Origin: Octopus vulgaris
Lineage: Eukaryota
Reading direction: 5' to 3'
Assembly: GCA_951406725.2 (NCBI GenBank)
Contig: OX597814.1
Location: 209,002,001 to 209,066,000, forward strand
Length of the DNA stretch: 64,000 bases
Part shown: piece after piece, positions 51,384-64,000 of the stretch
Numbering within the stretch: the stretch's first letter is position 1
Layout of the letters: every line of letters starts with the position of its first letter
Notes under the pieces: generated by a model
Told to the model about the DNA's origin: nothing
The model's database searches: none
Seen by the model: only the letters and a program-made list of their open reading frames with translations
Translations under genes and position numbers: made by a program

Positions 51384-51449
51384 AATATGCTTAGCTGAAG
51401 AGATCTAATGAGACTGAAACAATATTGGTTTGTCAACTATTATCATATT
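51384..51449 (+). ncRNA. Degenerate type I hammerhead ribozyme
   Basis: aatatgcttag-CTGAAGA-gatct aatg agact-GAA ACAA tattggt TTGTC-aactattatcatatt; stem III good, stem I junction imperfect. Confidence 0.55.
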
Positions 51450-51628
51450 TCACTCATTTGTTGTTCGTTTTATATCTGTTTTTTTTTTTTTTTTCCAATG
51501 CTGGCATGACTTTGGGTGAGGTGTTTTTTGAGGCAAGATTTTACAGCCCTTTATTTGGCCACTCCTTTCCTGAAGACCATCATGTATATCCTCCTCTTCT
51601 ACCTTCTCCTCTTCATTATCATTATCTG

Positions 51629-51858
51629 TTTCTTTATTACCCACAAGGAGCTAAACACAGAGGGGACAAACAAGGACAGACAAACGGATTAAGTCGATTA
51701 CATCGACTCCAGTGCATAACTGGTACTTATTTTATCGACCCCGAAAAGACGAAAGGCAAAGTCGACCTCGGCGGAATTTGAACTCAGAACGTAACGGCAG
51801 ACGAAATACGGCTACGCATTTCGCCCGACATGCTGACATTTCTGCCAGATCGCCGCCT
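51629..51858 (-). mobile_element. SINE family C
   Basis: Homology to other SINE C copies. Confidence 0.85.
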
Positions 51859-52749
51859 TAATTATCATCAACATCAGTGCCATCATTCAATGATATGAGT
51901 CGAATGGTTTGACAGAATCTAACTAGTTGGAGGACTGCATTGAGCTCCAATGTCTACTTTGTCATGCTTTCTAGGGTTGGATGCTCTTCATAATGACACT
52001 CATTTTACAGAGTATACTAAGTGCTTTTTTTTGTGGCTCCAGCACTAGTGAGGTTACCAAGTAATTTGCAACACCCTCCACCTCACCAGAAGGGTTTCAG
52101 TAGACAAAAGTATGATAGCTTTATATACTAGGTGTTGACTGATGTAGAGGAAATACATGGTTACTCCATTTTATATAAGGGTTAGGATTAGGTAAGTGGA
52201 TGTGTCTAGAGAGATAAAGATGGTGATGTGGTGGCAGTGTTATACCCTGAAGGTGCAAGAAGGCGAATAAAAGAGAGAATAGGGATGAAAGATTGATAAG
52301 GATAGGTGTAAGTTTACAAAAATGTGAAATGAGAGTGACAGGTGGTTAGAGATAGAAGTAGAGGTTAATGTAGTGAATGGTGAGCAAGGATGGAAGCGTG
52401 GTCAGTGGTAATAAGCTGCTGCATCCAAAAAGGGAGCGGGAGCTGGTGGCACAGAAAGGGTGATCATTGGAAATTACTGTGGGGAAGAGATGATATTGAA
52501 ACTGTGGGATGAATGGCATAGGAAAGTGTTTCCAAGGAAAGGGATAACGAGTAACATAAAAAGGGGATGGAATATGTAGTTCTGCTCTTGTATAATAACA
52601 ACAGCTGAATAATGCTGTAGAGTTAGAAGAGTGATGGAGGGATGGGTAATAGGAAGGGGGGAGGGTGGGAAAATTTTGACAAGATCTGTGTGGGTGTGGA
52701 GGTGAGGCTCCTTGCATGTATAGACATAAACATGATGCTTTCAGTACCA

Positions 52750-53125
52750 CTATTTTGCCAGGGTGGCTGGGTCTTTTCAAGCACAGAAAATTGCTAAATC
52801 ATCTGGTCCTTTATTATTTCTTCCATGGGGCTCAACATTTTGTTAGTAGTCTTCACTACTTTCTCCCTGTTTTCTTGGATCTCTTTTACTGAAGGTTCCT
52901 TCCACATTTAGTTGTTAGAACTTCTTGCAGCTGCTTTCATACATATATATTACATGCCAATACAAGTGCAGCCTTCTGTCTTGCACACTGCATCTGATTC
53001 CCCTCTGCGCATATGTATTTTGTCATGCATGCACACTAACATTACACTTCCACTGGAGCATGGCAGTCTTCTAGTTTCCACATGTTAAGTCTTCAGCACC
53101 CATGCCTCTGCTACCATGTAGTAGA
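52750..53125 (-). pseudogene. Highly degenerate RTE RT C-terminal fragment
   Basis: Colinear weak similarity to 27860-28260. Confidence 0.55.
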
Positions 53126-54699
53126 GTGTGTGTGTGTGTGTATGTGTGCAAACATGTGTGTTTACATATTCTTTGAATATTATGGAATGCAAGTGGTGTC
53201 ACTGTTGTGATTTCTTCTACTAAAAAAAAAATCATCTGCTGGCTTTGTACCTCCAAAGACACGTGAAGCAAGAAATCCGTTACTTGGTCTCTTCAAGATC
53301 CATAAAGTAGACACAATTAGACACCTGTGGGTATGCAGTTTATTGAGACAGGTTTTAGTAAACTGAATCATCTTAATTTTGACAAATTCTGTAAATTAAA
53401 TTCTTCCTATACGAAGTTGTATTTCTTCGACTCTAAGAATTTATTATTATTGTTTCAGTTACATTTTATACTTTTACTGTTCTGCTACTGAGCACAGTTT
53501 TTGTTCCTACTTTGTTACGTGCGAATGATGTAACCACTTATTTTCAACCCTGTTATTAATATTGCAATCGTTTCACATTACAAAATAAATAACACAAATA
53601 CAAATGCTCACGAAAGGTGATTATGGGTCTAAGAAATGATAATTGTTTATTTTCACCCTGTATTCATTAATAACAGGGTGGGTCTACAGAAATATACAAA
53701 ACAATTAATTTAACTTAAAGAAATGCTTTAGGATAATTTTTTAAAGTGGAAAAAACTATTTTCTGGTCATCTACTTAGCTCTAATTTCAGGTTCATTGTA
53801 ACTTGCCATCATGCTGGAAGATATTGAATTTTATGTGTCATTGTTGTTGTTGGTGGTGTTAATTGAAGCAATTTCAGTATGCCCCATATGCAAACTCATT
53901 ACCACCACCTCAGTCACCAACACCTTTATCATCCCTTGTCGATTCCATATGTTTTCCAGTTTTTTAGTCATTAACAGAGAACCTAATATTAGAGGTAAAG
54001 TAGATGGCCAAAACATATATTTTCAACAATAACAATTATCTCAGATCATTCCTTATGGCTGAATTAAACATTTCAGAAAATGATGTGTATGCGTTTCTAT
54101 AAACCCATTCCAGTATTGGTAATAACAGGGGTGGATGATATACAATTACTATGTGAAGTTAGTGAGTTTAGGTGAGTTGGTTATGCCATTAGGAGAAGAG
54201 AAATCTAATGTTTAGTAACTGACCCTTTGTCTGAGAGATGAAAATAAGAAATTTTTTTGTTCTCTCTCAGACAAACGGTCAGCTTTGAAACATCTGATTC
54301 CACTTCTCTACAACATACAATCTTATCCAAACTCACAAGCTTCACTGTATAATTTTTGCTGATAGAGACCTCCACCAGTTTCTTTAGACTTTGATATTTT
54401 TTTTACTTAGTTATCATATTAGCTATCTTAATGTTTTTTGTTTATGTTTGTATTGTTTATTTTGCAATAATATCATGAAAGACATGTTCTGTGACTAAGT
54501 ATGCTTTATACTTTAAAAAAAAAAAAAATTTTTTTTTTAAGGATATTGTTGTGTAATCTTGTCAAATCTCATTATCTTGTAAACTAATGTATTTTTTAAA
54601 AATATACTTAATTTCTTTATCACCAGTGGAGATAACCCATTGCTTTTAGGTTTTCAAATCTAGCACTCACATAGTATATATTTCTTAGTTTTCTCTTTT

Positions 54700-55050
54700 T
54701 TTTTTTTTGCCTTCTCCATACATTGAAAGTTTTACCAGTTTGTTCAAAGAGTTATTTTCATCTGCCAGGATTGAAACATCTATAAACAGGCGCATATTTT
54801 CTATATGATCTTTAACAATAAAGTCTGGGCATTTGAACTTTATCTCTTTGTATGCACAAGAATATCTCTCACTATTGAAACTCTCACTTTTGAAAACTGT
54901 TTGAGGTGTGTAACTTGTGTAAGTTGTGTGATCTGTTTTCTGTACTGATATCATTGTAGAACTATAGTTTCCAGTATACACAACTTATCTTACCCAGTTT
55001 TGATTTATATTTACTTTTGACTCACTCTGTACAACATGAGTAGTCACTCG
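54700..55050 (-). pseudogene. R4/Dong-like non-LTR element, restriction-like endonuclease fragment
   Basis: TPQTVF...KEIKFKCPDFIVKDH...LFIDVSILADENNSLNKLVKLSMY matches the RLE pattern RPDI.V.D.....LIDVSIP.D.N...KE.EKL.KY. Confidence 0.7.
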
Positions 55051-55522
55051 TCTCTTTGCAGTCTCTATACTGTCACTGCAGTTGCTGCAGGTCTCCTCTA
55101 CTTAATCTTTCTCTTACCATATTTCCATTGAAATACTCTATCTTCATTTCAATTAATTTTGCAAATAATGAAGAATTTAATAAAATAAATTTGCTGTTAT
55201 TAAGTTGGTGTTTGGAAATAGATTAACATAAAATTTTGATGGATAGTTTTAATTTAGTTCACTTTTAAACTGAAAGTTTGTATCAGGGCCAAGGGTGGTC
55301 TCGGACAGATTGGCATCAAGATAGTAAATTTAAAAAAAAGATATCATAGATTTTGTTTTCCTAGTTGTTTTTCCTTGATATTTACTGTTACTGTTGTTTT
55401 TGTCTAAGCTTAAACTGAAGCCAAGTAGATTACTGGAAGCTCTACATGAAATATTTTTCATCTCCTAGGAGAACTTGAACTTCATAAGTTATCTAGTATA
55501 AAAACCTGGGTCTAATGGATCT

Positions 55523-55760
55523 CATCATCATCATCATCATCATCATCGTTTAACGTCCGCTTTCCATGCTAGCATGGGTTGGACGGTTCAACTGGGGTCT
55601 GGGAAGCCAGAAGACTGCACCAGGCCCAGTCTGATCTGGCAGTGTTTCTACAGCTGGATGCCCTTCCTAACGCCAACCACTCCGTGAGTGTAGTGGGTGC
55701 TTTTTATGTGCCACTGACACAGGTGCTAGACGAGGCTGGTGAACGACCACGCTCGGATGA
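55523..55760 (-). mobile_element. RTE LINE 3' UTR fragment
   Basis: Homology; CAT repeats. Confidence 0.85.
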
Positions 55761-56727
55761 TGTTTTTTTGGATCTGATGGGAAAAATACCATGCAGGTCC
55801 TAGAGGAGATAAGGGATTAATATGTCAACCTTTAACATCTTTGAAGAGGCATTACCTAGTGGATGTGAGAGACTTTGGGGGATTGGTTAAGATTGAAGAT
55901 GTTCATGGGCAACTGTGTAGGATTCAGTTGGCAAATGATAATTAGAACAGAAGGTGATTGAAACTGTAGAGGCCTTGATTCTACTTAGGTGGGGGTTTCT
56001 GACCCCCTTTGTGTGTTGGTGAATATTTATTTGTGTGCCAAATATTTAAGCTATTTTAATATATTGTAATTATTTTCAAATTCCACTGAGGTTGACTTTG
56101 CCTTTCATCTCTTTTGGGGATTGATAAAATGAGTACCAGTACAGCACTGGGGTCGATATAATCGACTTACCCCTTCCCCCAAAATTGCTGGCTTTGTACC
56201 AAAATTTGGGAGCAATATATTGTAATTATGTTTTAAGGAAGCAAACTGATAATTATTAGAGCATTAAACAAAATGCTCTGGAGTTTTAACTCTTTCCATT
56301 CTAGGTTCAATTCCCAGTAAAGTCAATTTTGCTTTTCATCTTAAGTATTGCTACAGTAAAGCACCAGTCAGGGTCAATGACTGTTAGAGACTTGGACAAA
56401 GTGCTTTGTAGTAGTTTCTCTGCCTCTTTCCATTCTGTGGTTGCAGGCAGGTGCAGTGAACTTGTTTGTATTTAGTTGATGAGATGATGTCTTGTACAAA
56501 AAAAAAAATAAATAAATAAAATAACCAAAACAAAACAATAGAAAATCATATTTGTACTCGTCTACAAATATTCTATAATAATCATGTCGTGGTTGTAAAG
56601 TAAATCTCTAGGCGCCAGGGGTCATTCACTAACATTATGGTTCAAAGAAGGAATTATACTTTTCCTCCTTGTTTATATATATATATATGAGAAAAGAGAT
56701 GACAAAGGAATAAATGTTCATCTTATG

Positions 56728-56812
56728 AACTTCGTTAATTTACAACTGTTTCCACTGTAGTTGAGTGCCTGAGCAATGCCTTACAGGTTCATCAGAGCCT
56801 CAGACATGAAGT
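56728..56812 (-). ncRNA. Possible degenerate hammerhead ribozyme with long stem II
   Basis: Reverse complement ggct-CTGATGA-acctgta...tacagtg-GAAAC agtt GTA-aatt; stem I weak. Confidence 0.4.
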
Positions 56813-56823
56813 GCTTATATATA

Positions 56824-57049
56824 TTTCTTTACTACCCACAAGGGGCTAAACACAGAGAGGACAAACAAGGACAGACAAAGGGATTAAGTCGATTATATCG
56901 ACCCCAGTGCGCAACTGGTACTTAATTTATCGACCCTGAAAGGATGAAAGGCAAAGTCAACCTCGGTGGAATTTGAACTCAGAACGTAATGGCAGACGAA
57001 ATACGGCCATGCATTTCGCCCGGCGTGCTAACGTTTCTGCCAGCTCGCC
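56824..57049 (-). mobile_element. SINE family C
   Basis: Homology to other SINE C copies. Confidence 0.85.
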
Positions 57050-57056
57050 TGAAGTG

Positions 57057-57087
<31 letters not shown>

Positions 57088-57089
<2 letters not shown>

Positions 57090-57400
57090 TGGTGGTTGTC
57101 TACTCCTTATGCAGAGTTTGACCACCTCCTGTACCTACACCTTAGCACCATTATGGCATCTGATGCGGCTTTTTAAACCAGACAATGTTTAAAAGACACC
57201 CACATAGATTGCTTCTCCGATTTGGACAACCAAGAGCTCATTGTGGATCTTAAAATGTCTCTTGAGGCCTCCACTGGATTTGCAAACCTTCTGGCATACA
57301 CTGCATTCAAAGGTGTGCACAGACATATAGGCAGAATAGTTGGTGGAGGTTTGTTTTCCATGCATTCACAGATGAGATTTGAGGCCCGCAAAAGACATGA
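57088..57400 (-). mobile_element. RTE/BovB-type LINE 3' end encoding C2H2 zinc finger(s), inserted in (TA)n
   Basis: Minus translation FECSVCQKVCKSSGGLKRHFKIH then a decayed second finger TLSGLKSRIRCH, stop, short UTR ending caaccaccacc; TA tracts on both sides. Confidence 0.7.
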
Positions 57401-57439
57401 ATATATATATATATATATATAGCAAGTTTCCTATCACAC

Positions 57440-57768
57440 AAGCATAGCTGTGTGGTAAGAAGCTTGCTTCTCAACCACATGGTCCTGGTTTAAGCTTTCT
57501 GAGTGTATTTTGGTTGACAGAAACTGAAAGAAGCCTGTTGCATATATATATATGTGTATTTCTACATGTGTGTGTTTTTATGTCTGTGTTTGTCCCCCAC
57601 TATTGCTTGACAACTGGTGTTGCTTATGTCCCTGTAACTTAGTGATTTGGCAAAAGAGACCAATAGAATAAGTACCAGGCTTTAAAACACAAGTCCTGTT
57701 GTTTTGTTCAGCTAAAACCCATCAAGGTAGTGCCCCAGTATGGCCAGAGTCAAAATTGACTGAAACAA
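57440..57768 (+). mobile_element. SINE family A, diverged and internally deleted
   Basis: Homology to other SINE A copies. Confidence 0.75.
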
Positions 57769-58199
57769 AACATTAAATACACACACACATACATGCACGC
57801 ACACACACACACACACAACCTTTACAAGGAAAAGGTTGAGTGATTTTGAAGCTTTGGCTTCTTCAGGCTGTGCTCCTTTAGGGAGCATGGAGCTGTGGAA
57901 AGTGATAATTAGGTGTGGTGTATATAGTTGTGTAGGAAGTGGGTAGAGGCAGGCAGGAAAGAAAGCCTGTGTTTGTTAGATGTGTTTGTTACAGAAAGTA
58001 ATGTGAGGAGGTTTTATTTGGTTTGATCTAGGAATTTTGTTATTGTTTATAGTTCAGTCAAGCATGCATATAACTTGTTAACAGGTGTGTCAGATTCAGG
58101 TTATGACATTCCCACATCTTTTATAGCCCTGTTTGTGTGACACATTTCCTGTTGTATATTTGGTTGTAGCTGACTAAGAACTAATAATAGTAATAATAA

Positions 58200-58642
58200 T
58201 AATCCTTTCTACTAAAGGTACAACGCCTGAAATTTTGAGGGAGGTGATTAGTCAATTACATTGACCCCAGTGTTTCACTGGTACTTAATTTATTGACCCT
58301 GAAAGGATGAAAGGCAAAGTCGACCTCAGCGGAATTTGAACTCAGAACATAGTAAAGGCAGATGAAATGTCGCTAAGCATTTTACCTGGTTTGTTGCCTT
58401 AATGATGATGATAATAATAATAATCCTTTTTGCTATAGGCACAAGGCCTGAAATTTGGGGGAGTGGGTGGGGCTAGTTGATTACATTAACCCCAGTGCTC
58501 AACTGGTACTTATTTTATTGACCCTGAAAGGATGAAAGGCAAAGTCGACCTTAGCAGAATTTGAACCCAGAACGTAAAGGTGAACTAAATACCACTAAGC
58601 ATTTTGCCTGGCATGCTATCGATACTGCCAGCTCACAGCCTC
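58200..58642 (-). mobile_element. Two SINE C variants in (TAA)n tracts
   Basis: Core ctggtactta...gaccctgaaaggatgaaaggcaaagtcgacc occurs twice. Confidence 0.8.
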
Positions 58643-58643
58643 C

Positions 58644-58699
<56 letters not shown>

Positions 58700-59822
58700 T
58701 ATTATTATTATTATTATTATTATTAAGAATTTACAGGAAAAGCTTGAATATGATTTGTGGTATTGATCTATATCTCTTCATGTTCTAAGTTTGAATCAAG
58801 CTTTTTTGTTTTTGCTCTTTTGAGGTTGATAAAAGGAAAATACTTGTTAATTGACAGTGTCTCAACCAACCAACCAACCAACCAACCACGCCACCCCACT
58901 CCGCTCACCATTAGTGAGCTTGTCCAAATGTTACAAGTCATTATCATTAAAAATTCTCATTTTTGGTATCTGTTTTGTTTTGTTGTTTTGTATTGTTTTG
59001 TTTCATCGCCCCCCACATCACTCCCTCTCTCAACCAACCAACCAACCAACAAACAAATGAATCAAATGAGCATGAATACAAATGATGAAAATAGACAATG
59101 ATATTAATTTTCCTCTCCTCGCCATTATCTACACATTCATACTTATGTTCACTTACACGCATGCACACACAGACACACGCACACACACACGCTCACATGT
59201 ACTTATCCATCCATCCCTCCATCCATCCCCCCCATCCGTCCGTCCGTCCATCCATCCATACATACATGCATAAATGATGCACCATAATGACATACATGGT
59301 GCATCATAAATGTTGCATTGTGCATGTATACTAGAACGAAAGCAAAAATTTGGAATTGAAACAAAGCCGCAACAACCCTGACACTCCCTCATCACTTACC
59401 CAGAGCTCCTCATCATCTAACAGCCACCACCACCACCACCACCATCGCCACTCCCCCCACCCAACCAACCGAGTATCCCCCCCCTCCACTCCCTTGTCAC
59501 CGACCAAAACCTTTTTCCAATTATGTCAACAGCTATAAACTATACAAACGCATCCACCACTGAAGTTAAACAAAATTTGTTTTTTATTCCCTCCACCACC
59601 ACCACCTCCCTCTGAATAAAGTGAAACCCATAAAAGTAAAAAAGATGATGATGATGATGATGATGATAATAATAATAATAATGGTGGTTTGTGAAATCAT
59701 TGGGTAAAAAGAATCACCACAACAACAACAACAACAACAGCAACATAAAAGTTGTAGTAAACACATTACCAAAAGCAACAAACTCAACGACAATAATAGC
59801 GACAATAATTATCATTTCTCTT

Positions 59823-59829
59823 AATAATG

Positions 59830-59863
<34 letters not shown>

Positions 59864-60142
59864 TGATGATAATAATAATAATAATAATAATGATGATGAT
59901 GATAATAAAGATAATAATAATAAAGATAATAATGATAATAATAATAATAGTAATAATAATAATAATAATAATAATGATGATAATAATAATGATGATAATA
60001 ATAATAATGATAATAATAATAATGATAATAATAATGATAATAATAAAAATAATATTAATAGTAATAATAATGATGATAATAATAATAATGATAATAATAA
60101 TAATGATAATAATAATGATAATAATAAAAATAATATTAATAG

Positions 60143-60187
<45 letters not shown>

Positions 60188-60195
60188 TAATAATA
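59823..60195. repeat. Compound (AAT)n/(GAT)n tract with internal duplication
   Basis: Seen directly; aataaaaataatattaatagtaat occurs twice. Confidence 0.95.
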
Positions 60196-60221
60196 GTTCA
60201 GTATGAAAAATTCAAATGAAA

Positions 60222-60477
60222 ATAAGGGTTTTCTTTCTCCTAGAAATCAAATCTATTCTCATCTGAAATGAAATTAAATATTAAAAAATATAAAGAAATT
60301 TTAAAATGAAAACAAAAAAAAAAGAAAATGTAACAAAAGAATGTAATATTAGAAAAGAAGTAGGATACAATAGTGATGATGATGATGATGATGATGATGG
60401 GACAAGTGATGGTGGTGGTGGTGGTGTTGGTGGTGTGGTCATGAAAATCGTAGCAGTAATTAATGTTGGTGTTGATG
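60222..60477 (+). repeat. Left arm of a ~250-bp inverted duplication
   Basis: Reverse complement of 63690-63927. Confidence 0.9.
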
Positions 60478-60479
60478 GT

Positions 60480-60943
60480 AGTAGTTGTGGTGATGATGGT
60501 GGTGGTGGTGGTGGTGGTGGTGGTTGTGGTGGTGGGGGTGATAGTGGTGTTGGTATTGATAAAGATGAGTTTTATCACAGTATAGTGTTGGTAACGATGT
60601 TGTGACGATGCTGATGATGATGATAGTAGTGGTGGTGGTGGTGATGGTGTTGGCGGTGGTACAGATAATGATGATAGCACTGGTGGTGGCGGTAGTAGTG
60701 GTGTTGGTGTCGAAGATGATGATGATGATGATGATGATGATGATAGTAATGGCGTTGGTTGTAATGACAGTGATGGCGTTGGTGGTGGTGCCGTTGCTGA
60801 TGAGAGTAGTGAGAGTGGGGATGGTGGTGGTGGTGGTTGTGGTGTCGATGATGATGTTTGTAGAGGTGGTTATAGTGGTATTGATGATGGTGGCGATGTT
60901 GGTGAGGATGATGATGATGGTGATGATGATGATGGTGGTGGTG

Positions 60944-60981
<38 letters not shown>

Positions 60982-61141
60982 GTGATGGTGATGATGATGA
61001 TGGTGGTGATGATGGTGATGATGGTGATGATGGTGATGATGGTGATGGTGATGATGATGATGATGATGGCGATGGTGGCGATGTTGGTGAGGATGATGAT
61101 GATGATTGTGATGATGATGATGATTATGATGGTGATGATGG

Positions 61142-61172
<31 letters not shown>

Positions 61173-61465
61173 GATGATGGTGACGATGTTGGTGAGGATG
61201 ATGATGGTGATGGTGATGATGATGATGGTGGTGGTGGTGGTGATGATGATTATGATGATGATGATGGTGATGGTGATGATGATGATGGTGGTGATGATGG
61301 TGATGATGGTGATGATGGTGATGATGGTGATGGTGATGATGGTGATGATGGTGATGATGGTGATGGTGATGATGATGATGATGGCGATGGTGGCGATGTT
61401 GGTGAGGATGATGATGATGATTGTGATGATGGTGATGATGATGATGGTGATGATGGTGATGATGG

Positions 61466-61496
<31 letters not shown>

Positions 61497-61537
61497 GATG
61501 ATGGTGACGATGTTGGTGAGGATGATGATGGTGATGG

Positions 61538-61569
<32 letters not shown>

Positions 61570-61688
61570 GTGATGGTGGCATTGATGGTAATGATTACGA
61601 TGACGATAGAATGGCATTGGCTGGTGAGGCTGGTATTGATGATGCTGACGAAGAAAGTAATTGTTGTGGTAGTGATGACACTGATGGC

Positions 61689-61727
<39 letters not shown>

Positions 61728-61730
61728 GTC
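60480..61730. repeat. Compound (GAT/GGT)n tract with higher-order duplications
   Basis: Marker cgatgttggtgaggatgatg recurs five times; explains the poly-His/Met/Ile ORFs. Confidence 0.93.
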
Positions 61731-62818
61731 ATGATGGAGTAGGGGGTTACAGGTTATGAATAGCATTTAATGAGGTAATTTTTATTTCTCGTACTGATTA
61801 ATTACTCGTTGTCGTTGATGACTGTTTGATAAGCTCTCCATAATGGCAGCTATGCCACCATAACCTGTTCAGATTGCTGTAATTCAGAATTTGTCCTCTG
61901 CGATTTGCCATGCAGCAAACATTCATCATCACCGTTGTTATTGTTGTTGCTGTTGTTGTTGTTGTTGTTCTCGTCATTACCATTGCCGCCATGCTTGGAT
62001 TGTTGTCGGCAGAGGTGGAGGCGGCGGCGGCAGCAACGGCAACGGTGGTGGCGATAACGATTATTGTCGTTATCATTGTCATTATCATTATTAGTATTAT
62101 TTCCCCCGTAGTGAATTGACACAGCCATTAAGAACATCCGATAGATAGAAAAGCCCTTGCCATATTTATTCTGGTTCTTTTGCGCTCTGAGTTCATATCT
62201 TGCTTCATCCCGTTTCGGAGTTGGGGTTGGAGTAAGGGGAAAGGGGTAAGGGGGCTGCTCGTTAAATAAAGTATCAAACCGAAGATGGTAGTAGATTGGG
62301 TGGAACTGTTTTTACAGGTATTTCACAAGATTCTTTCCATTAGGTGCCTAATTTAGCTCTTTATGTTCTGAGTTCAGAATCTACCTAAGGATCTAGAACC
62401 AGAGCTAATCACCCATCCGTGGGACCACAGCTAATTATGAAAGCTGCACTGAGTGGAGGGAAGAGGAGGAGGGTAGGCTACAGTAGCAGAGAGCTACAGT
62501 AGCAGAGAGCTACTGTAGTTGAACAATGATTATTGTTATTCATCATCATTGTCACCAATATCATCATCATCGTTTTAATGTTCACTTTTCTTCCACGCTT
62601 GAATGGGTTAGGTAGAACTCTTTGAGGCAAATTTTATATGGCCGGATGTCCTTCCTGTTGTCATCAACCCTCACCTGTTTCCAAGCAAAGTGATATTCCT
62701 CCGTGGCTGGGCTTGTTTTCATGGAAGACTGGAAATAAGAGACATTGCTTGTATATTAGTGACACTCATTTGTAACTATTGGGTGTCCTCAAGACATGGA
62801 AGTACAAACGTACACATA

Positions 62819-63230
62819 TAGGCGCTGGAGTGGCTGTGTGGTAAGTACCTTGCTTACCAACCACATGGTTCCAGGTTCAGTCCCACTGCGTGGCATCTTG
62901 GGCAAGTGTCTTCTGCTATAGCCTCGGGCTGACCAATGCCTTGTGAGTGGATTTGGTAGACGGAAACTGAAAGAAGCCTGTCGTATATATGTATATATAT
63001 ATTTGTATGTGTGTGTATGTTTGTGTGTCTGTGTTTGTCCCCCTAGCATTGCTTGACAACCGATGCTGGTGTGTTTACGTCCCCATCACTTAGCGGTTCG
63101 GCAAAATAGACCGATAGAATAAGTACTGGGCTTACAAAGAATAAGTCCCGGGGTCGAGTTGCTCGATTAAAGGCGGTGCTCCAGCATGGTCACAGTCAAA
63201 ATGACTGAAACAAGTAAAAGAGTAAAAGAG
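62819..63230 (+). mobile_element. SINE family A, full length, followed by an inverted partial copy (63305-63470)
   Basis: Homology to other SINE A copies. Confidence 0.9.
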
Positions 63231-63689
63231 ATACTTCCACATGCACACACATGTACATGTAGAACACACACACACACACACACATACACACACACATGCT
63301 CATATATGATGGGCTTCTTTCAGTTTCCATCAACCAAATCCATTTCACAAGGCTTTGATATGTCTGGGGCTGTAGTAGAAGACACTTGCCCAAGGTGCCA
63401 TGCAGTGGGACTGAACCTGGGACCGTGTTGTTGGGAAACAAACTTTTTACCCATACATCTATGCCTGTGCCTTGCCACGAAATGGCATTAAGAAGGAGAA
63501 GCAGTTTAACTACATCCTTTTACATATTGCGTTTAAATCCTGCCTCGTCAGTCTCACCTCTGTTTACTCAGGAGCTGACAAAGTAAAATACAACCCAAAT
63601 ATGGTCATCAGACATTTTTATGTGTTCACATCATCTGACATTGGTGACCTTGTGCATGCCAATTGTAGGAAATCATTATTATTGTGATA

Positions 63690-63927
63690 TCATCAACACC
63701 AACATTAATTACTGCTATGATTTTCATGACCACACCACCAACACCACCACCAACATCACTTATCCCATCATCATCATCATCACTATTGTATCCTACTTCT
63801 TTTCTAATATTACATTCTTTTGTTACATTTTTTTTTGTTTTCATTTTAAAATTTCTTTATATTTTTAATATTTAATTTCATTTCTGATGAGAATAGATTT
63901 GATTTCTAGGAGAAAGAAAACCCTTAT
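63690..63927 (-). repeat. Right arm of the inverted duplication
   Basis: Reverse complement of 60222-60477. Confidence 0.9.
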
Positions 63928-64000
63928 AAGATGTTTTACTGCTTTTAGTTGTTACATCCTCTAAACTTCTGAGTCGAAATCTCACTGGGTTGACTTTGTG

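Noticed and set aside
59691-60219. Poly-Asn and poly-Ile ORFs
   Set aside because: AAT/GAT microsatellite
60460-61766. 385-aa poly-His ORF and overlapping poly-Met/Ile/Ser ORFs
   Set aside because: Several frames are open only because of the GAT/GGT trinucleotide tract; no splice signals or non-repetitive coding context

Overview
Eukaryotic, AT-rich, repeat-dominated genomic DNA. The SINE/LINE repertoire and the dense (TA)n, (CA)n and (GAT)n tracts look like an Octopus (coleoid cephalopod) genome; this is an inference from recalled repeat motifs. Almost all ORF-track entries are artefacts of microsatellites or repeats. Supportable content: four tRNA-derived SINE families in many copies; at least 12 5'-truncated copies of one RTE LINE whose 3' UTR carries a variable tandem array of predicted H-type pseudoknots; a Penelope-like element (RT YRDD + GIY-YIG) bracketed by inverted hammerhead-ribozyme pLTR copies, plus three or four other degenerate hammerheads; a Tc1 DD34E transposon with IR/DR ends nested in a pogo/Tigger relic; a maT-like relic; five non-autonomous Helitrons; hAT, piggyBac, mariner and Tc2-like MITEs; CR1, R4/Dong-like and two other RTE 3' fragments; and several long inverted repeats (candidate dsRNA/ADAR substrates). 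No host gene is firmly identified. A few phase-compatible minus-strand exon candidates are reported at low confidence.
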